A DNA stretch of 64,000 bases, from NCBI GenBank assembly GCA_003224175.1, contig QHYQ01000243.1:8835-72834 (forward strand), written 5' to 3'. Of this stretch, positions 37,215 through 46,863 are shown one piece after another (positions within the stretch are counted from its first letter, which is position 1; each line of letters starts with the position of its first letter). The notes below the pieces were generated by a model. The model was given only the letters and a program-made list of their open reading frames with translations. It did not search any database and was not told the origin of the DNA. This stretch comes from Acidobacteriota bacterium. GTDB taxonomy: Bacteria > Acidobacteriota > Terriglobia > Acidiferrales > UBA7541. Position numbers and translations under genes: made by a program.

Positions 37215-38345
37215 ATGCACCTTCTCATCGGAATTTTCGGGTTTGCACTCCTCGTGGCCATTCTCTGGGACTCGTTCGAGAGTGTCATCCTGCCTCGCCA
37301 TGTGCGACGCTCTTTCCGCATCGCGCGATTGTTCTTTCGTACCGTATGGGGAATATGGTCTCTGACGGCGGCCCAGATACGCACTCCGAAGCGGCGGGAA
37401 GGGTACCTGAGCTACTTTGGCCCGCTTTCTTTGCTCCTGCTCATCGGCTTTTGGGCACTCGCGCTGGTGCTGGCGTTTGCGATGCTACAGTGGGCCGTGG
37501 GATCCGCCCTGAATTCAACCGGGACTCCGGCCGGATTCCGGACCGATCTGTATTACAGCGGAACAACTTTCTTCACGCTGGGATTGGGCGACATCACACC
37601 TCACAATTCTGGAGCTCGAGTCCTCTCTGTCGTTGAGGCAGGGACAGGATTTGGCTTTCTCGCGCTCATCATTGCCTATTTGCCCACTCTCTACGGCTCG
37701 TTTTCACAACGGGAAGTAAGCATCTCCCTGCTCGACGCACGCGCCGGTTCGCCTCCCACAGCCTCCGAACTGCTTCGCCGCCACGGCACGGAACGAATCC
37801 ACGACGGCCTTGCCCATTACCTGCGCGACTGGGAAACATGGTCGGCGCAATTTATGGAAACACACCTGACTTACCCCTTTTTGTGTTTCTTCCGGTCGCA
37901 GCATGACAACCAGTCCTGGATCGCAGCGTTCACGGCCATCTTAGACACTTGCGCACTTTTGATCGCCTATGGCGAGGGCGAGACGAAATGGCAGGCACAG
38001 CTCACTTTTGCCATTTGTCGGCACGCCATAGCCGACCTGGCACAGATTTTCGGCGTCCATCATCGGAGGCCCGAACCGGATCGCCTCCCCGCCGAGGATC
38101 TGCCCAAGGTACGCAGCTTGTTGGTTCAATGCGGAGTGCCGGGCTGCACCGAGGCGGGCGACGCAAAGCTGAAAGAGCTGCGCCTGCTTTACGAACCCTA
38201 CCTGAATGGGCTTTCTAGACTGCTGTTGATGCCGCTTCCATCATGGGGAGTGCAAACGCCGGCCGGCCAGGAGAATACAGTATGGGGACGAATTACTTCG
38301 AGAACGACACGAAAGCCGGAAGAGGTGGAGACCGATCATTTCTGA
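37215..38345 (+). CDS. Potassium-channel-family (Ion_trans_2) membrane protein with a C-terminal soluble domain
   Basis: The start at ATG 37215 gives MHLLIGIFGFALLVAILW. The pore region reads YYSGTTFFTLGLGDITP. The upstream 250 codons of the 626-aa track ORF are antisense to cysG and were rejected. Confidence 0.7.
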   Translation: MHLLIGIFGFALLVAILWDSFESVILPRHVRRSFRIARLFFRTVWGIWSLTAAQIRTPKRREGYLSYFGPLSLLLLIGFWALALVLAFAMLQWAVGSALNSTGTPAGFRTDLYYSGTTFFTLGLGDITPHNSGARVLSVVEAGTGFGFLALIIAYLPTLYGSFSQREVSISLLDARAGSPPTASELLRRHGTERIHDGLAHYLRDWETWSAQFMETHLTYPFLCFFRSQHDNQSWIAAFTAILDTCALLIAYGEGETKWQAQLTFAICRHAIADLAQIFGVHHRRPEPDRLPAEDLPKVRSLLVQCGVPGCTEAGDAKLKELRLLYEPYLNGLSRLLLMPLPSWGVQTPAGQENTVWGRITSRTTRKPEEVETDHF

Positions 38346-38439
38346 TGCCTTGCTCGAAATGGAGTTCCAGAGCTTAAGCCAAACCAGCCCACTCGCGAAG
38401 GAATTGTTCGCAATAATTCGGCGGAGTCTGCCAAATACG

Positions 38440-39363
38440 TCACTTTTCGATATCGGTCAGACAGTTTGCGACACATTTGGAGGCGACCACTTCGACTCCT
38501 ACCTTTTTGTTAGGGGGCACCTTGCTGCCGGGTTCGGGGGCCGCGACGAAAGACTGCGGTCCATCGGCGAGATCAAACGTGCACTCGAACGCGGCCGAGC
38601 GCACGGATCTCTGCATGCACGATCGGTTATCAAACGTAGAGTCGAGGTTGTCCGGTTTTCCGCGCAGTTCGTCGGCCACTCGCGACGGTACGATAGCCAC
38701 AGTCATCGGAACGGGAGAATTGATCTTTACGCTAAATGGTTCGCCATCCCGCTCCGCCGTGATCCCGTCGTAAATCTTCAGCGCTGACGTGAGGTCATAG
38801 ATCTCTTTGAGTTCGCTGATCCACTGGTACTGCGGTGGATTGCAGTTCTCGACGCAAGCCCAGCGGTAGTAGTGGATGTGAATGTCATTGGGAGAGAGGA
38901 ACTCGCGCACGGTGCCGTGCTCAGTAAGGGGCGCACCAAAGGCCGTTACGGCGGTTCGGTCGCTATCGCGTTCGTCGCGGAGGACCAGGATCATGGGGCG
39001 TCCTGGGACGACCTCGCACACGTAAGTTGCCTTGGTGACGTGCTCGCGAACGCAGCGGAAGTTGACGCGGGGCAGCAACTCAGGATGCCGGGCCGCTTCA
39101 CTCCACTCTTGCGCTGGGGCCATCTCCACGGTTACGGGCTCCTGGGCGGCGATATCGACATGGACATTCCCGGTTTGGTCGCCGGACTTGAAGACGTGGC
39201 CCGTGTGATAATCGGCCGGGTCCAGGCGAGCGCTCTCGTCGTTTGTTGCTTGCCAATCGAAAGTGGACTCTTGAGCGCCGCCCGTTAGAACCGCGCCGAC
39301 ACTGAAGGCACAGACGAGGGCAATTGCTAGCAAGGTCCATTTTTTCAGTAGCTTGGAATTCAT
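38440..39363 (-). CDS. Secreted hypothetical protein
   Basis: 307 aa with signal peptide MNSKLLKKWTLLAIALVCAFSVGAVLTGGAQ. I recognise no family. Confidence 0.55.
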   Translation of the reverse strand: MNSKLLKKWTLLAIALVCAFSVGAVLTGGAQESTFDWQATNDESARLDPADYHTGHVFKSGDQTGNVHVDIAAQEPVTVEMAPAQEWSEAARHPELLPRVNFRCVREHVTKATYVCEVVPGRPMILVLRDERDSDRTAVTAFGAPLTEHGTVREFLSPNDIHIHYYRWACVENCNPPQYQWISELKEIYDLTSALKIYDGITAERDGEPFSVKINSPVPMTVAIVPSRVADELRGKPDNLDSTFDNRSCMQRSVRSAAFECTFDLADGPQSFVAAPEPGSKVPPNKKVGVEVVASKCVANCLTDIEK

Positions 39364-39560
39364 CTAGACACTCCCCGTCAAGATTGGATTCGCACTCTTC
39401 CAAGAGAGCCGCGGGACCAACGACTCTGTGTCGAACTCCCAATAGCAAACCCTGGAAGTATTGTACTAGTACTGAACAGGAATCGGCGAGGCTTTGGAGG
39501 ACAGGTGTGCGGTTTATATCAATCAGCTAAGTTGTTGGAAGAATGGTGGGGATGACGGAA

Positions 39561-39754
39561 TCAAGCCGAACGGTCAGAGCCGAACTCGGCTGACAACAAG
39601 GGTGTGGTCTTCACGTTCTTGCATCTGCCGCCCCCCGCAAAAGCGACCGCGATCGCCGCGGCCTCGAAATTCGTCGGAAACTCGGTGATGACCACGGCGT
39701 CGTAATCACAAAACGCGACGCTGTGTAGGACACTAGTTGCAAGTAAGTTGGCAT
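39561..39754 (-). pseudogene. GYD-domain protein gene with an internal deletion and frameshift
   Basis: AAGGAGG-N5-ATG at 39754 opens MPTYLQLVSYT, a typical GYD N-terminus, and then goes out of frame. The adjacent frame (track ORF 39561..39794) carries VAFCDYDAVVITEFPTNFEAAAIAVAFAGGGRCKNVKTTPLLSAEF, a typical GYD C-terminal half. About 35-40 codons expected between the two are absent. Confidence 0.55.
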
Positions 39755-40034
39755 GAAACCTCCTTGGGGGTGGGAGTGAACGAATAGTGTCCATGCAGGC
39801 TCGTAAGTCAAGAAGTAAGAGCCGGTGCGATGACCCGCTATTGAAAAGCCCTCCCTAACCGAGGCGCATGCCATTTGATGTTCATTCCAGCGAGAATTTG
39901 CGGATGAATTACACTCATTTGACGCTCCCGTGACAAAGCGCCCGCCTGCGCTGCTTACTATTTGACTTGTGCCACGAGTAGCCCCGAACGACGCAACATG
40001 ACTTGGGGCCATATCGATTTGAGGAAGCCATCTT

Positions 40035-40718
40035 ATGACTACGGCCTTATATGAGCCAAGCATCCAGAAGTTGGTGCCAGTCTTGCCCGTCTCTACGGCG
40101 TCTCGTCAGAGGCAAACACCCCCTGTGGAGCGGTCCGAGGCGGAAAGCATTCGCCTCGCGCAAGGAGGGGACGCAGCGGCTTTCGAACACATATACAGGA
40201 CACATAGCCGCCGTGTTTATGGGCTTTGCTTTCGAATGACAGGGAATCCTACCCTTGCGGAGGATCTCACGCAGGAGATCTTTCTTCAGGTATTTCGAAA
40301 AATTCAAACATTTCGGGCGGAGGCTGCATTTTCCACTTGGTTGTATCGGCTTGCCGTCAATGTCGTTCTGATGCGGCGTCGCGTCAAAACGCTGAACGAA
40401 ACATCGCTCGAAGCGAGGAACGAAACCGAGGGCGATTCTTTCCCGAGGAAAGAAATGGCAAGAGTGGATATGCGGGTTTCGGGAGTGGTGGATCGCGTGA
40501 ATTTGAAACGTGCGCTAAGTCGACTACCGCGTGGTTACCGGCAGATTTTTCTCCTGCATGACGTGCTGGGTTACGAACATCATGAAATTGCCGAAGCGCT
40601 AGGCTGCTCAGTTGGTAATTCCAAGTCCCAGTTACACAAGGCCCGCATGCGCCTGCGCACAATTCTAAGGAACGGCAGCTCGACAAATCCGACGTTCAGT
40701 CCGATCGGCGCACGCTAG
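40035..40718 (+). CDS. ECF-type sigma-70 family RNA polymerase sigma factor
   Basis: 227 aa. Region 2 reads FEHIYRTHSRRVYGLCFRMTGNPTLAEDLTQEIFLQVFRKIQTFRAEAAFSTWLYRLAVN. Region 4 reads LPRGYRQIFLLHDVLGYEHHEIAEALGCSVGNSKSQLHKARMRL. Confidence 0.9.
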   Translation: MTTALYEPSIQKLVPVLPVSTASRQRQTPPVERSEAESIRLAQGGDAAAFEHIYRTHSRRVYGLCFRMTGNPTLAEDLTQEIFLQVFRKIQTFRAEAAFSTWLYRLAVNVVLMRRRVKTLNETSLEARNETEGDSFPRKEMARVDMRVSGVVDRVNLKRALSRLPRGYRQIFLLHDVLGYEHHEIAEALGCSVGNSKSQLHKARMRLRTILRNGSSTNPTFSPIGAR

Positions 40719-40864
40719 CAAGAAAATGACTTCGTATTTACACGACGGCGACAATCCCCGTCGTGAATCGCGCTATGAGTATCAAGTGCGTCTCTGGCGC
40801 CTTCTCCGTTTCTCGTGAAATTCAGCCAGCAGCACGCAACACAGAAGGCGAAAAGGAGTTCATC

Positions 40865-41410
40865 ATGAATTTGGACGCGAGTCATGGATTGCGAGAGCAA
40901 GAAGCGATGATCGCAGAAGGATTCCGGAGATTCACGCGGCAGGCCATCCGATTGGCTGCCATTTTGCTTCTATCGACGGCAGCGTTTGCACAGTATGGCG
41001 GAGGCGGAATGGGAGGCGCCACGGGCAGCCCAGCCAGCTCCGGGACCTACGCCCCAGGCACCCCAGGCTACGGGCACGGTAAGGCCATCGGCATCGGGGT
41101 CGGAGCGGCCGCAGTTGGTGTCGGCGCGGTCTACCTCATGACTCATCGCGCCAGCAAGGTCACCGGTTGTACAGAGATGGCCGACGATGGCCTGCGCCTC
41201 ACCGATGACAAGACTAAGCGAACACTGGCCCTCCTTCCCGGCCCCGCCAATGTCAAAGCGGGTGAGAGGGTCGAGCTGAAAGGCAAAATCAGGAAGAATG
41301 CAACCGGAGATCAGAGTTTCCTGGTGAAAAGCGTGGCAAACGATTTCGGCGAGTGCCACACGCAAGCAAGTACTGGCATAGCAATTCCAGCGGGCTCACC
41401 GGTAAAATAG
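40865..41410 (+). CDS. Secreted Gly-rich hypothetical protein
   Basis: AAAGGAG-N6-ATG at 40865. The signal peptide ...AIRLAAILLLSTAAFAQ is followed by a GGGGMGGATGSPASSG tract. Confidence 0.5.
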   Translation: MNLDASHGLREQEAMIAEGFRRFTRQAIRLAAILLLSTAAFAQYGGGGMGGATGSPASSGTYAPGTPGYGHGKAIGIGVGAAAVGVGAVYLMTHRASKVTGCTEMADDGLRLTDDKTKRTLALLPGPANVKAGERVELKGKIRKNATGDQSFLVKSVANDFGECHTQASTGIAIPAGSPVK

Positions 41411-41769
41411 GGCAAAAAGATAGAAGATAAACGAAAGACAAGCTTTCGTAAGGGACGCCTCACGTCTATCTCCGTGGGGCGTTCCACCGAATTGTCGCTA
41501 TTTTGTCAACCTTCTGTAATCTCTTTATCCAAGACCCCTATGAATGCTGCTTCTTGTCCTAAAGTAGCTGCTCCTGACTTTCATGTGTAACCTGAGCGTC
41601 TTTCCGTCGGGGTAGGGAATATCGATGATCGCTCCCAAGTGGCTGCTTAGCCTTTGAAATCCACTGCGAATTACCGCTATGTGCCAATATGAGATCTCCG
41701 CGTAGGACCTCGAATATGATAGCGTGCACCTCGACCGTCCGCCCGTTCGTCGGAAAAAGAGGAGCTCCC

Positions 41770-43320
41770 ATGCGTCCGATCATCGAAAGACCACTGCGCT
41801 CATTGGTGCCAGCGGTTTGTGCTGTCCTGTTCGCCGCCGCATCTGCCAGAGCCCAGGGCCAGGCAAACCCAGCGCCGGCGGAAAACCGAACGGACTTGGG
41901 CGTAAAGATTGAGGTTCTGACGCGGTCAATCGAACAGATGCAGGGCGAGTTGGAGCAATCTCGTCTAGAAATTCAGGAGCTTCGCGGCATGCTGGCAGAA
42001 ATTCTTCGAACTCAAGCTAATCCTCCGCCCGCGACTGCTCTTGATGAACACGCCACGCTGCGCACGGAGGCGCAAAATCCTGGAACGAACGGACTGCCCG
42101 CACGTATCACGGAAGACGATTGGCAAATCCTGAATGCCAGAGTCGAAGAGCACGAACAAGTGAAGGTGGAGAGCTCTTCCAAGTATCGCCTGAAAATTTC
42201 GGGTATCGCCCTTTTGAATGTGTTCGATACGTCTGGCCAGCTTGACAATTTAGACGTGCCAACCGTAGCCGTGCAGCCGCCTCCCTACGCTTACACCGGC
42301 AGCCTAGGAGCATCATTCAGGCAATCCATTCTAGGCCTAAGGGGGATCGGTCCGACGGTGTTTGGCGCACGTATGAGCGCGGACCTGCAATTGGACTTTA
42401 TCAATAGCGCCGCCGGTACTTATGGTGGCGTGGCGGCCGGTGTAGTGGGCCTCAGGATTGCCCGGCTGCAGTTTGACTGGAGCAAGTTTTCGATTATAGG
42501 CGGCCTGGAGACTCCCTTCTTTGCACCTAATTCTCCGACCTCCTATCTTTCCCTGGCCGTTCCGGCGTTTGCGGCCGCCGGAAACCTTTGGAACTGGACT
42601 CCTGAAATCCGTGGGGAGCGGAGATTTGATTTCACGTCCTCGGAGATCAAAGTTGAAGCGGGAGTCTTGGATTCCACGGGTTATTCCGTAAACAATTCCG
42701 AGGTGCGCACGCCAACACCGGGTGAAAGTTCCAGGCAACCTGTCTATGCCGTGCGCGTATCGGGGAACAACAGAATGGAAGATCGCGCCATTTCCTTTGG
42801 TGTTTCCGGAATTTACTCGCCCTTGCGTTTCGCCTACGGGCAGGTCCTATCCGCTTCGGGGGCAATTGCCGATTGGAAATTTCCGCTGATCGCAAAACTG
42901 CAGTTGAGCGGAGCGTTTTTCACCGGCAAAGGGCTCGACGGCTTTGGCGGTCTGGCGCTTCCGTCCGTACAGCCTCAGGATTACAGGCACTATCTTTATG
43001 TTACTGCACCGACGCTCGCAGGCATTCCCGTCGTTGGCGGCTGGTCGCAACTGAAGTACACACTCAATAGCCGCAGCGAATTCAACGCAGCTGGGGGATT
43101 GGGCGCCCGAGATTCCGGACGCTTGCGCTCGGCCACACAGTTCGATCCGCTTCTGTTGTCCGTTCCCTCTAGCAATCGTATCTTCTTCGTCAACTACATT
43201 TTTCGTCCCCGCAGCGATCTGCTGTTCTCCTTGGAGTATCGGCATTTTCACACCAGCGAGATTTCGGGAGTCCCGAACGTCGCCACGCAAATTGGCTTGG
43301 CAGCGGGATTCCTCTTTTGA
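41770..43320 (+). CDS. Outer-membrane beta-barrel (porin-like) protein with an N-terminal coiled coil
   Basis: AAGAGGAG ribosome-binding site and ATG at 41770. The signal peptide is ...AVLFAAASARAQG, with a coiled segment IEQMQGELEQSRLEIQELRGML, alternating beta-strand pattern and the terminal motif LAAGFLF*. Confidence 0.65.
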   Translation: MRPIIERPLRSLVPAVCAVLFAAASARAQGQANPAPAENRTDLGVKIEVLTRSIEQMQGELEQSRLEIQELRGMLAEILRTQANPPPATALDEHATLRTEAQNPGTNGLPARITEDDWQILNARVEEHEQVKVESSSKYRLKISGIALLNVFDTSGQLDNLDVPTVAVQPPPYAYTGSLGASFRQSILGLRGIGPTVFGARMSADLQLDFINSAAGTYGGVAAGVVGLRIARLQFDWSKFSIIGGLETPFFAPNSPTSYLSLAVPAFAAAGNLWNWTPEIRGERRFDFTSSEIKVEAGVLDSTGYSVNNSEVRTPTPGESSRQPVYAVRVSGNNRMEDRAISFGVSGIYSPLRFAYGQVLSASGAIADWKFPLIAKLQLSGAFFTGKGLDGFGGLALPSVQPQDYRHYLYVTAPTLAGIPVVGGWSQLKYTLNSRSEFNAAGGLGARDSGRLRSATQFDPLLLSVPSSNRIFFVNYIFRPRSDLLFSLEYRHFHTSEISGVPNVATQIGLAAGFLF

Positions 43321-43322
43321 TT

Positions 43323-44072
43323 ATGGCTAGAAAGTTTCTCATTGCGTCGGCGCTGGCCGCCTTTGTTTTGCATCCATCGTGCGGTTCTCCCAGAGATGCC
43401 GATCTAGGGATGGTGGATGTAACCGGTGAAGTAAGATTGGTCGAAAGCAACTCCCTGAGGCCTGAGAAGGACGCCTCCCGGGTTGTTCTTTGGCTTGTTT
43501 CTGTGCAGGGCGCTGCGGAAACTTCTCCCAGCGCGCCTACATCGAAGCGCCATTACCGCATGTTGCAACGCGATAAGACCTTCGAACCGAAGTTGTTGGT
43601 GGTGCCGATGGGCAGCATCGTGGACTTTCCCAACTTCGATCCCTGGTTCCACAATGTTTTTTCCCTTTATCAGGGCAAGCGCTTCGACCTCGGGCTCTAT
43701 CAGGCCGGGGCGGAAAAGGAAGTGGTGTTCGACCGGCCGGGGCCGTCATTTCTATTTTGTAACATCCATCCGCAGATGACCGCGGTCATCCTCACTGTGA
43801 ACTCAGATTTTTTTGGCATTTCGGATAAGGCAGGCCACATCTCCATTCCCCGCGTCCCCACCGGGCGATACGCGCTGCATGTCTGGTATGAGAATGCCGC
43901 ATCAGAATTCACGGACGTTTCGCCACGGCCGGTCGATATTGGGCCGGGAGAGAATATTTTGCCGCCGCTCTCGGTGCCCGTGGCGAACCATGGCTGGTCG
44001 CATAAAGATAAGTCGCATAAAGATAAGTATGGATACGATTATGATCCCAAGGCTTCAGCGCCGGCGTACTGA
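43323..44072 (+). CDS. Cupredoxin-like lipoprotein with type-1-copper-like ligands and a carboxypeptidase-regulatory-like C-terminal domain
   Basis: The lipobox-like sequence is AAFVLHPSCG. Ligand pattern is H in DPWFHNVFS plus C-x2-H-x2-M in FCNIHPQM, the spacing seen in amicyanin. The start region overlaps the OMP stop (TTGA at 43317-43320). Confidence 0.6.
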   Translation: MARKFLIASALAAFVLHPSCGSPRDADLGMVDVTGEVRLVESNSLRPEKDASRVVLWLVSVQGAAETSPSAPTSKRHYRMLQRDKTFEPKLLVVPMGSIVDFPNFDPWFHNVFSLYQGKRFDLGLYQAGAEKEVVFDRPGPSFLFCNIHPQMTAVILTVNSDFFGISDKAGHISIPRVPTGRYALHVWYENAASEFTDVSPRPVDIGPGENILPPLSVPVANHGWSHKDKSHKDKYGYDYDPKASAPAY

Positions 44073-44097
44073 GTATTGAAATAGCGAGGAACCGAAT

Positions 44098-44835
44098 ATG
44101 GATACCGTCCTGGTTGTCGAAGATAGCCGTGCCATGCAGAGGACCTTGCAGCGCTTGTTCGAGGCAGACTCGCTGGCGGTGCAAATCGCTTCCGATGGCG
44201 TGGAGGGTTTGGAAGTCTTCAAGAAGCAGACGCCGAGCGTTGTCGTTCTGGATCTGAAGTTACCGCGGCTTTCGGGGAAGGAGCTTTGCCGAGCCTTCAA
44301 AACTCACATGCCCTCGGTTCCCATCGTCGTTCTGAGCGCCGATGCGGAGATTGAGGATAAGGTGCTCCTGCTCGAATTGGGCGCTGACGACTACGTCACG
44401 AAGCCATTCAGCCCGCGCGAATTGTTGGCTCGCGTGAGGCGAGCGATGCGCCGAAATGGGGCTAAAACGAGCATGGTTTCCAACGTCGCCGCTCAAGAGA
44501 CTAACCACGAACTGCTGGTGTTCAAGGACGTGCAGATTGACTTCACGAGTATGGAGGCAACGCGAGGCGGCAAGCCCATTGCCATGACTGCCCAGGAATT
44601 CAAGCTGTTGAAGTACCTGGCGCGCTCGCCGGAAAGAGTCATTTCGCGAGAAGAATTGTTGAATGAAGTTTGGGGATACCAGAACTACCCCTCCACTCGC
44701 ACGGTCGACAACCATATCCTTCGCTTGCGGCAGAAGCTCGAGCCCGATCCCGCGAACCCGCGTTTCCTTCTTACCATGCACGGCGCGGGATACAAGTTTG
44801 TGCCGGGGAATGCCGCGAACGGAAAGAGCAGCTAG
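44098..44835 (+). CDS. OmpR-family response regulator
   Basis: 245 aa with VLVVEDSRAMQ, VVVLDLKLP, and a winged-helix output domain (LTAQEFKLLKYLARSPERVISREELLNEVWG...TVDNHILRLRQKLE). Confidence 0.92.
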   Translation: MDTVLVVEDSRAMQRTLQRLFEADSLAVQIASDGVEGLEVFKKQTPSVVVLDLKLPRLSGKELCRAFKTHMPSVPIVVLSADAEIEDKVLLLELGADDYVTKPFSPRELLARVRRAMRRNGAKTSMVSNVAAQETNHELLVFKDVQIDFTSMEATRGGKPIAMTAQEFKLLKYLARSPERVISREELLNEVWGYQNYPSTRTVDNHILRLRQKLEPDPANPRFLLTMHGAGYKFVPGNAANGKSS

Positions 44836-44849
44836 GCCGAATATCGCCA

Positions 44850-46634
44850 ATGTCACGCTTGCGCTTAAAGACGCAGCTTCTGATCTCCACCCTGCTGATT
44901 ATCTCCGCCCTCACTGGCGCAATGCTCCTGATCGTACGCCATACCGTCCGGGCGGAGATTGATGATCAGGTGCGAGATAGCGTGACGGCTTCCGTGCGCG
45001 CTTTCGAGAGCGTTCAGAACCAGCGCCGGGATCAACTCTCCCGAACCACAGCTATGCTAGCCGAGCTTCCCACTTTGAAAGCGTTGATGACCACTAACCA
45101 CGCGCCGACCATTCGGGACGGTTCGCTTCCTTTTTGGCAGCTCGCAGGCAGTGATCTTTTTCTTCTCGCAAATCCGAAAGGCGAGATCATGGCTCTGCAC
45201 GCAAAGAAGTCTGGATTGAACGGCGCAGACGTCGAGCAGGATCTCACGAGATCGCTGGATGGGAATGAGGATGCCGCCTGGTGGTATGCCGACGATCAAT
45301 TGTATTGGGCTTTCATTCGCCCGATTACCGCCGGTTCCGGAAGCGACACCAAACAACTTGGGGCGCTGGCGATCGGCTATCAGGTGGACTCTACCGTTGC
45401 GGAACAGCTTGCGCTCGTAGCGGGTGGCAAGATTGTGTTGGTTACCGGCGGCAAGGTCATAGCCTCGACTCTGTCGTCGCGCGAACAGGGTGAATTGCAG
45501 GATCACCTGGGGCAATATACCGCGCTTTTGGGTTCGGGAACGCAAGAGGTAAATCTGGCGGCGGAGCCCTATCAAGTCGCCGCGGTTTCGCTGCATGCCG
45601 ACCCGCGGACGCCGGTGCAATGCTACGTACTCATACCGTTACGCCGCCCCATGGGCTTCAGCGGCAAATTGGATCGCACGATTCTCGCCCTCGGCATTTC
45701 GGCTCTCTTGTGCGCCACGTTGCTGCTCAGCTTCGTCGCCCGTACGATCACGCGGCCGATGGACAACCTTCTCGCCGGTGTACGTGCTTTGGCGCGCGGC
45801 GACTATGCCTTTTCCATTACGCCCCGAGGGAGCAGCGAAGTGGTTGAGCTGGGAACGGCGTTTTCAAAGATGCGCGGGGAACTGCTCGCTTCACAGCGGC
45901 GGCAAATCGAGACCGAACAGGTGGCAGCACTGGGAAGGGCTGCCAGTTCGATTTCTCATGATCTGCGACACTCCCTCGCCGCCGTCGTCGCCAACGCCGA
46001 ATTTCTCTACGAGGCCGATAAGCTTAAGCTGGATCGAGACGAGATTTTCGAGGAGATAAAGATCGCCTCGGAACAGATGACCGAATTGCTCGACTCCCTG
46101 CGAGAACTCGCGCGCGAACATCGCACGCTCGCTTTGGTCACAGCGTCGCTGGAATCGGTTGTCAGGCATTCCGCCGACGCTATTCTCGCCCGGCCCGAAT
46201 TCCGGAACCGCTCGATCTCCATCCAAGCGCCTCCACACACGACGGGTGTATTCGATCCCAAGAAAATCGAGCGCGTGTTTTTCAACCTTCTGCTGAACGC
46301 CTGCGAAGCGACTTCAGATCGAGGGAAAATTAATATTGAGATTAAATGTTCGGATAACTCATTTGAGGTGCGCATCGCCGATGACGGCATTGGCATCCCT
46401 GCGGGGATTCGCAGCACTCTATTCGACCCATTCATCAGTTCGGGCAAGTCCAATGGCACGGGCCTGGGCCTCGCGATTGTCAGCAAAATCGTCCACGACC
46501 ACTACGGCTCGGTAGGCGTCGAACACACAGGCGAGACCGGAACGATTTTTCTGGTCAAATTTCCTCGTTCGCAAAATGGAATGGGCGATTCCATGGAAAC
46601 GGAAATCCACGAACCGAACCGTAGCCCCGCTTAG
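44850..46634 (+). CDS. Sensor histidine kinase (periplasmic sensor, HAMP, HisKA, HATPase)
   Basis: ATG at 44850 gives MSRLRLKTQLLISTLLIISALTGAMLLI. The H-box is SISHDLRHSL, with N/G boxes NLLLNACEA, DDGIGIP and GTGLGLAIV. Confidence 0.9.
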   Translation: MSRLRLKTQLLISTLLIISALTGAMLLIVRHTVRAEIDDQVRDSVTASVRAFESVQNQRRDQLSRTTAMLAELPTLKALMTTNHAPTIRDGSLPFWQLAGSDLFLLANPKGEIMALHAKKSGLNGADVEQDLTRSLDGNEDAAWWYADDQLYWAFIRPITAGSGSDTKQLGALAIGYQVDSTVAEQLALVAGGKIVLVTGGKVIASTLSSREQGELQDHLGQYTALLGSGTQEVNLAAEPYQVAAVSLHADPRTPVQCYVLIPLRRPMGFSGKLDRTILALGISALLCATLLLSFVARTITRPMDNLLAGVRALARGDYAFSITPRGSSEVVELGTAFSKMRGELLASQRRQIETEQVAALGRAASSISHDLRHSLAAVVANAEFLYEADKLKLDRDEIFEEIKIASEQMTELLDSLRELAREHRTLALVTASLESVVRHSADAILARPEFRNRSISIQAPPHTTGVFDPKKIERVFFNLLLNACEATSDRGKINIEIKCSDNSFEVRIADDGIGIPAGIRSTLFDPFISSGKSNGTGLGLAIVSKIVHDHYGSVGVEHTGETGTIFLVKFPRSQNGMGDSMETEIHEPNRSPA

Positions 46635-46863
46635 ACCAGGGCTCTCGCCTTTCCGAATAGGCCTAGCCAGGGCGGCGCCGCGCTGTGCTCGCCGCAAGCG
46701 CCGCGCGCTGAGGAGGCGCCGCCGTAACTGACTGCGTGGCGTAAAGCGGCGAGGTTAGTTACCAACTGAGTCGCATGAATTACGGTCAGTAGGCACTTCT
46801 CCATCGCTGTGCCGTACAGCAACCCTACGCGCTTTCAGCACAGCAGTGCGACCCGAGATTGCC

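Noticed and set aside
40865-41410. Anti-sigma factor for the adjacent ECF sigma
   Set aside because: There is no zf-HC2 (HxxxCxxC) motif. The N-terminus looks like a cleavable signal peptide followed by a Gly-rich secreted protein, so I did not call it an anti-sigma factor.
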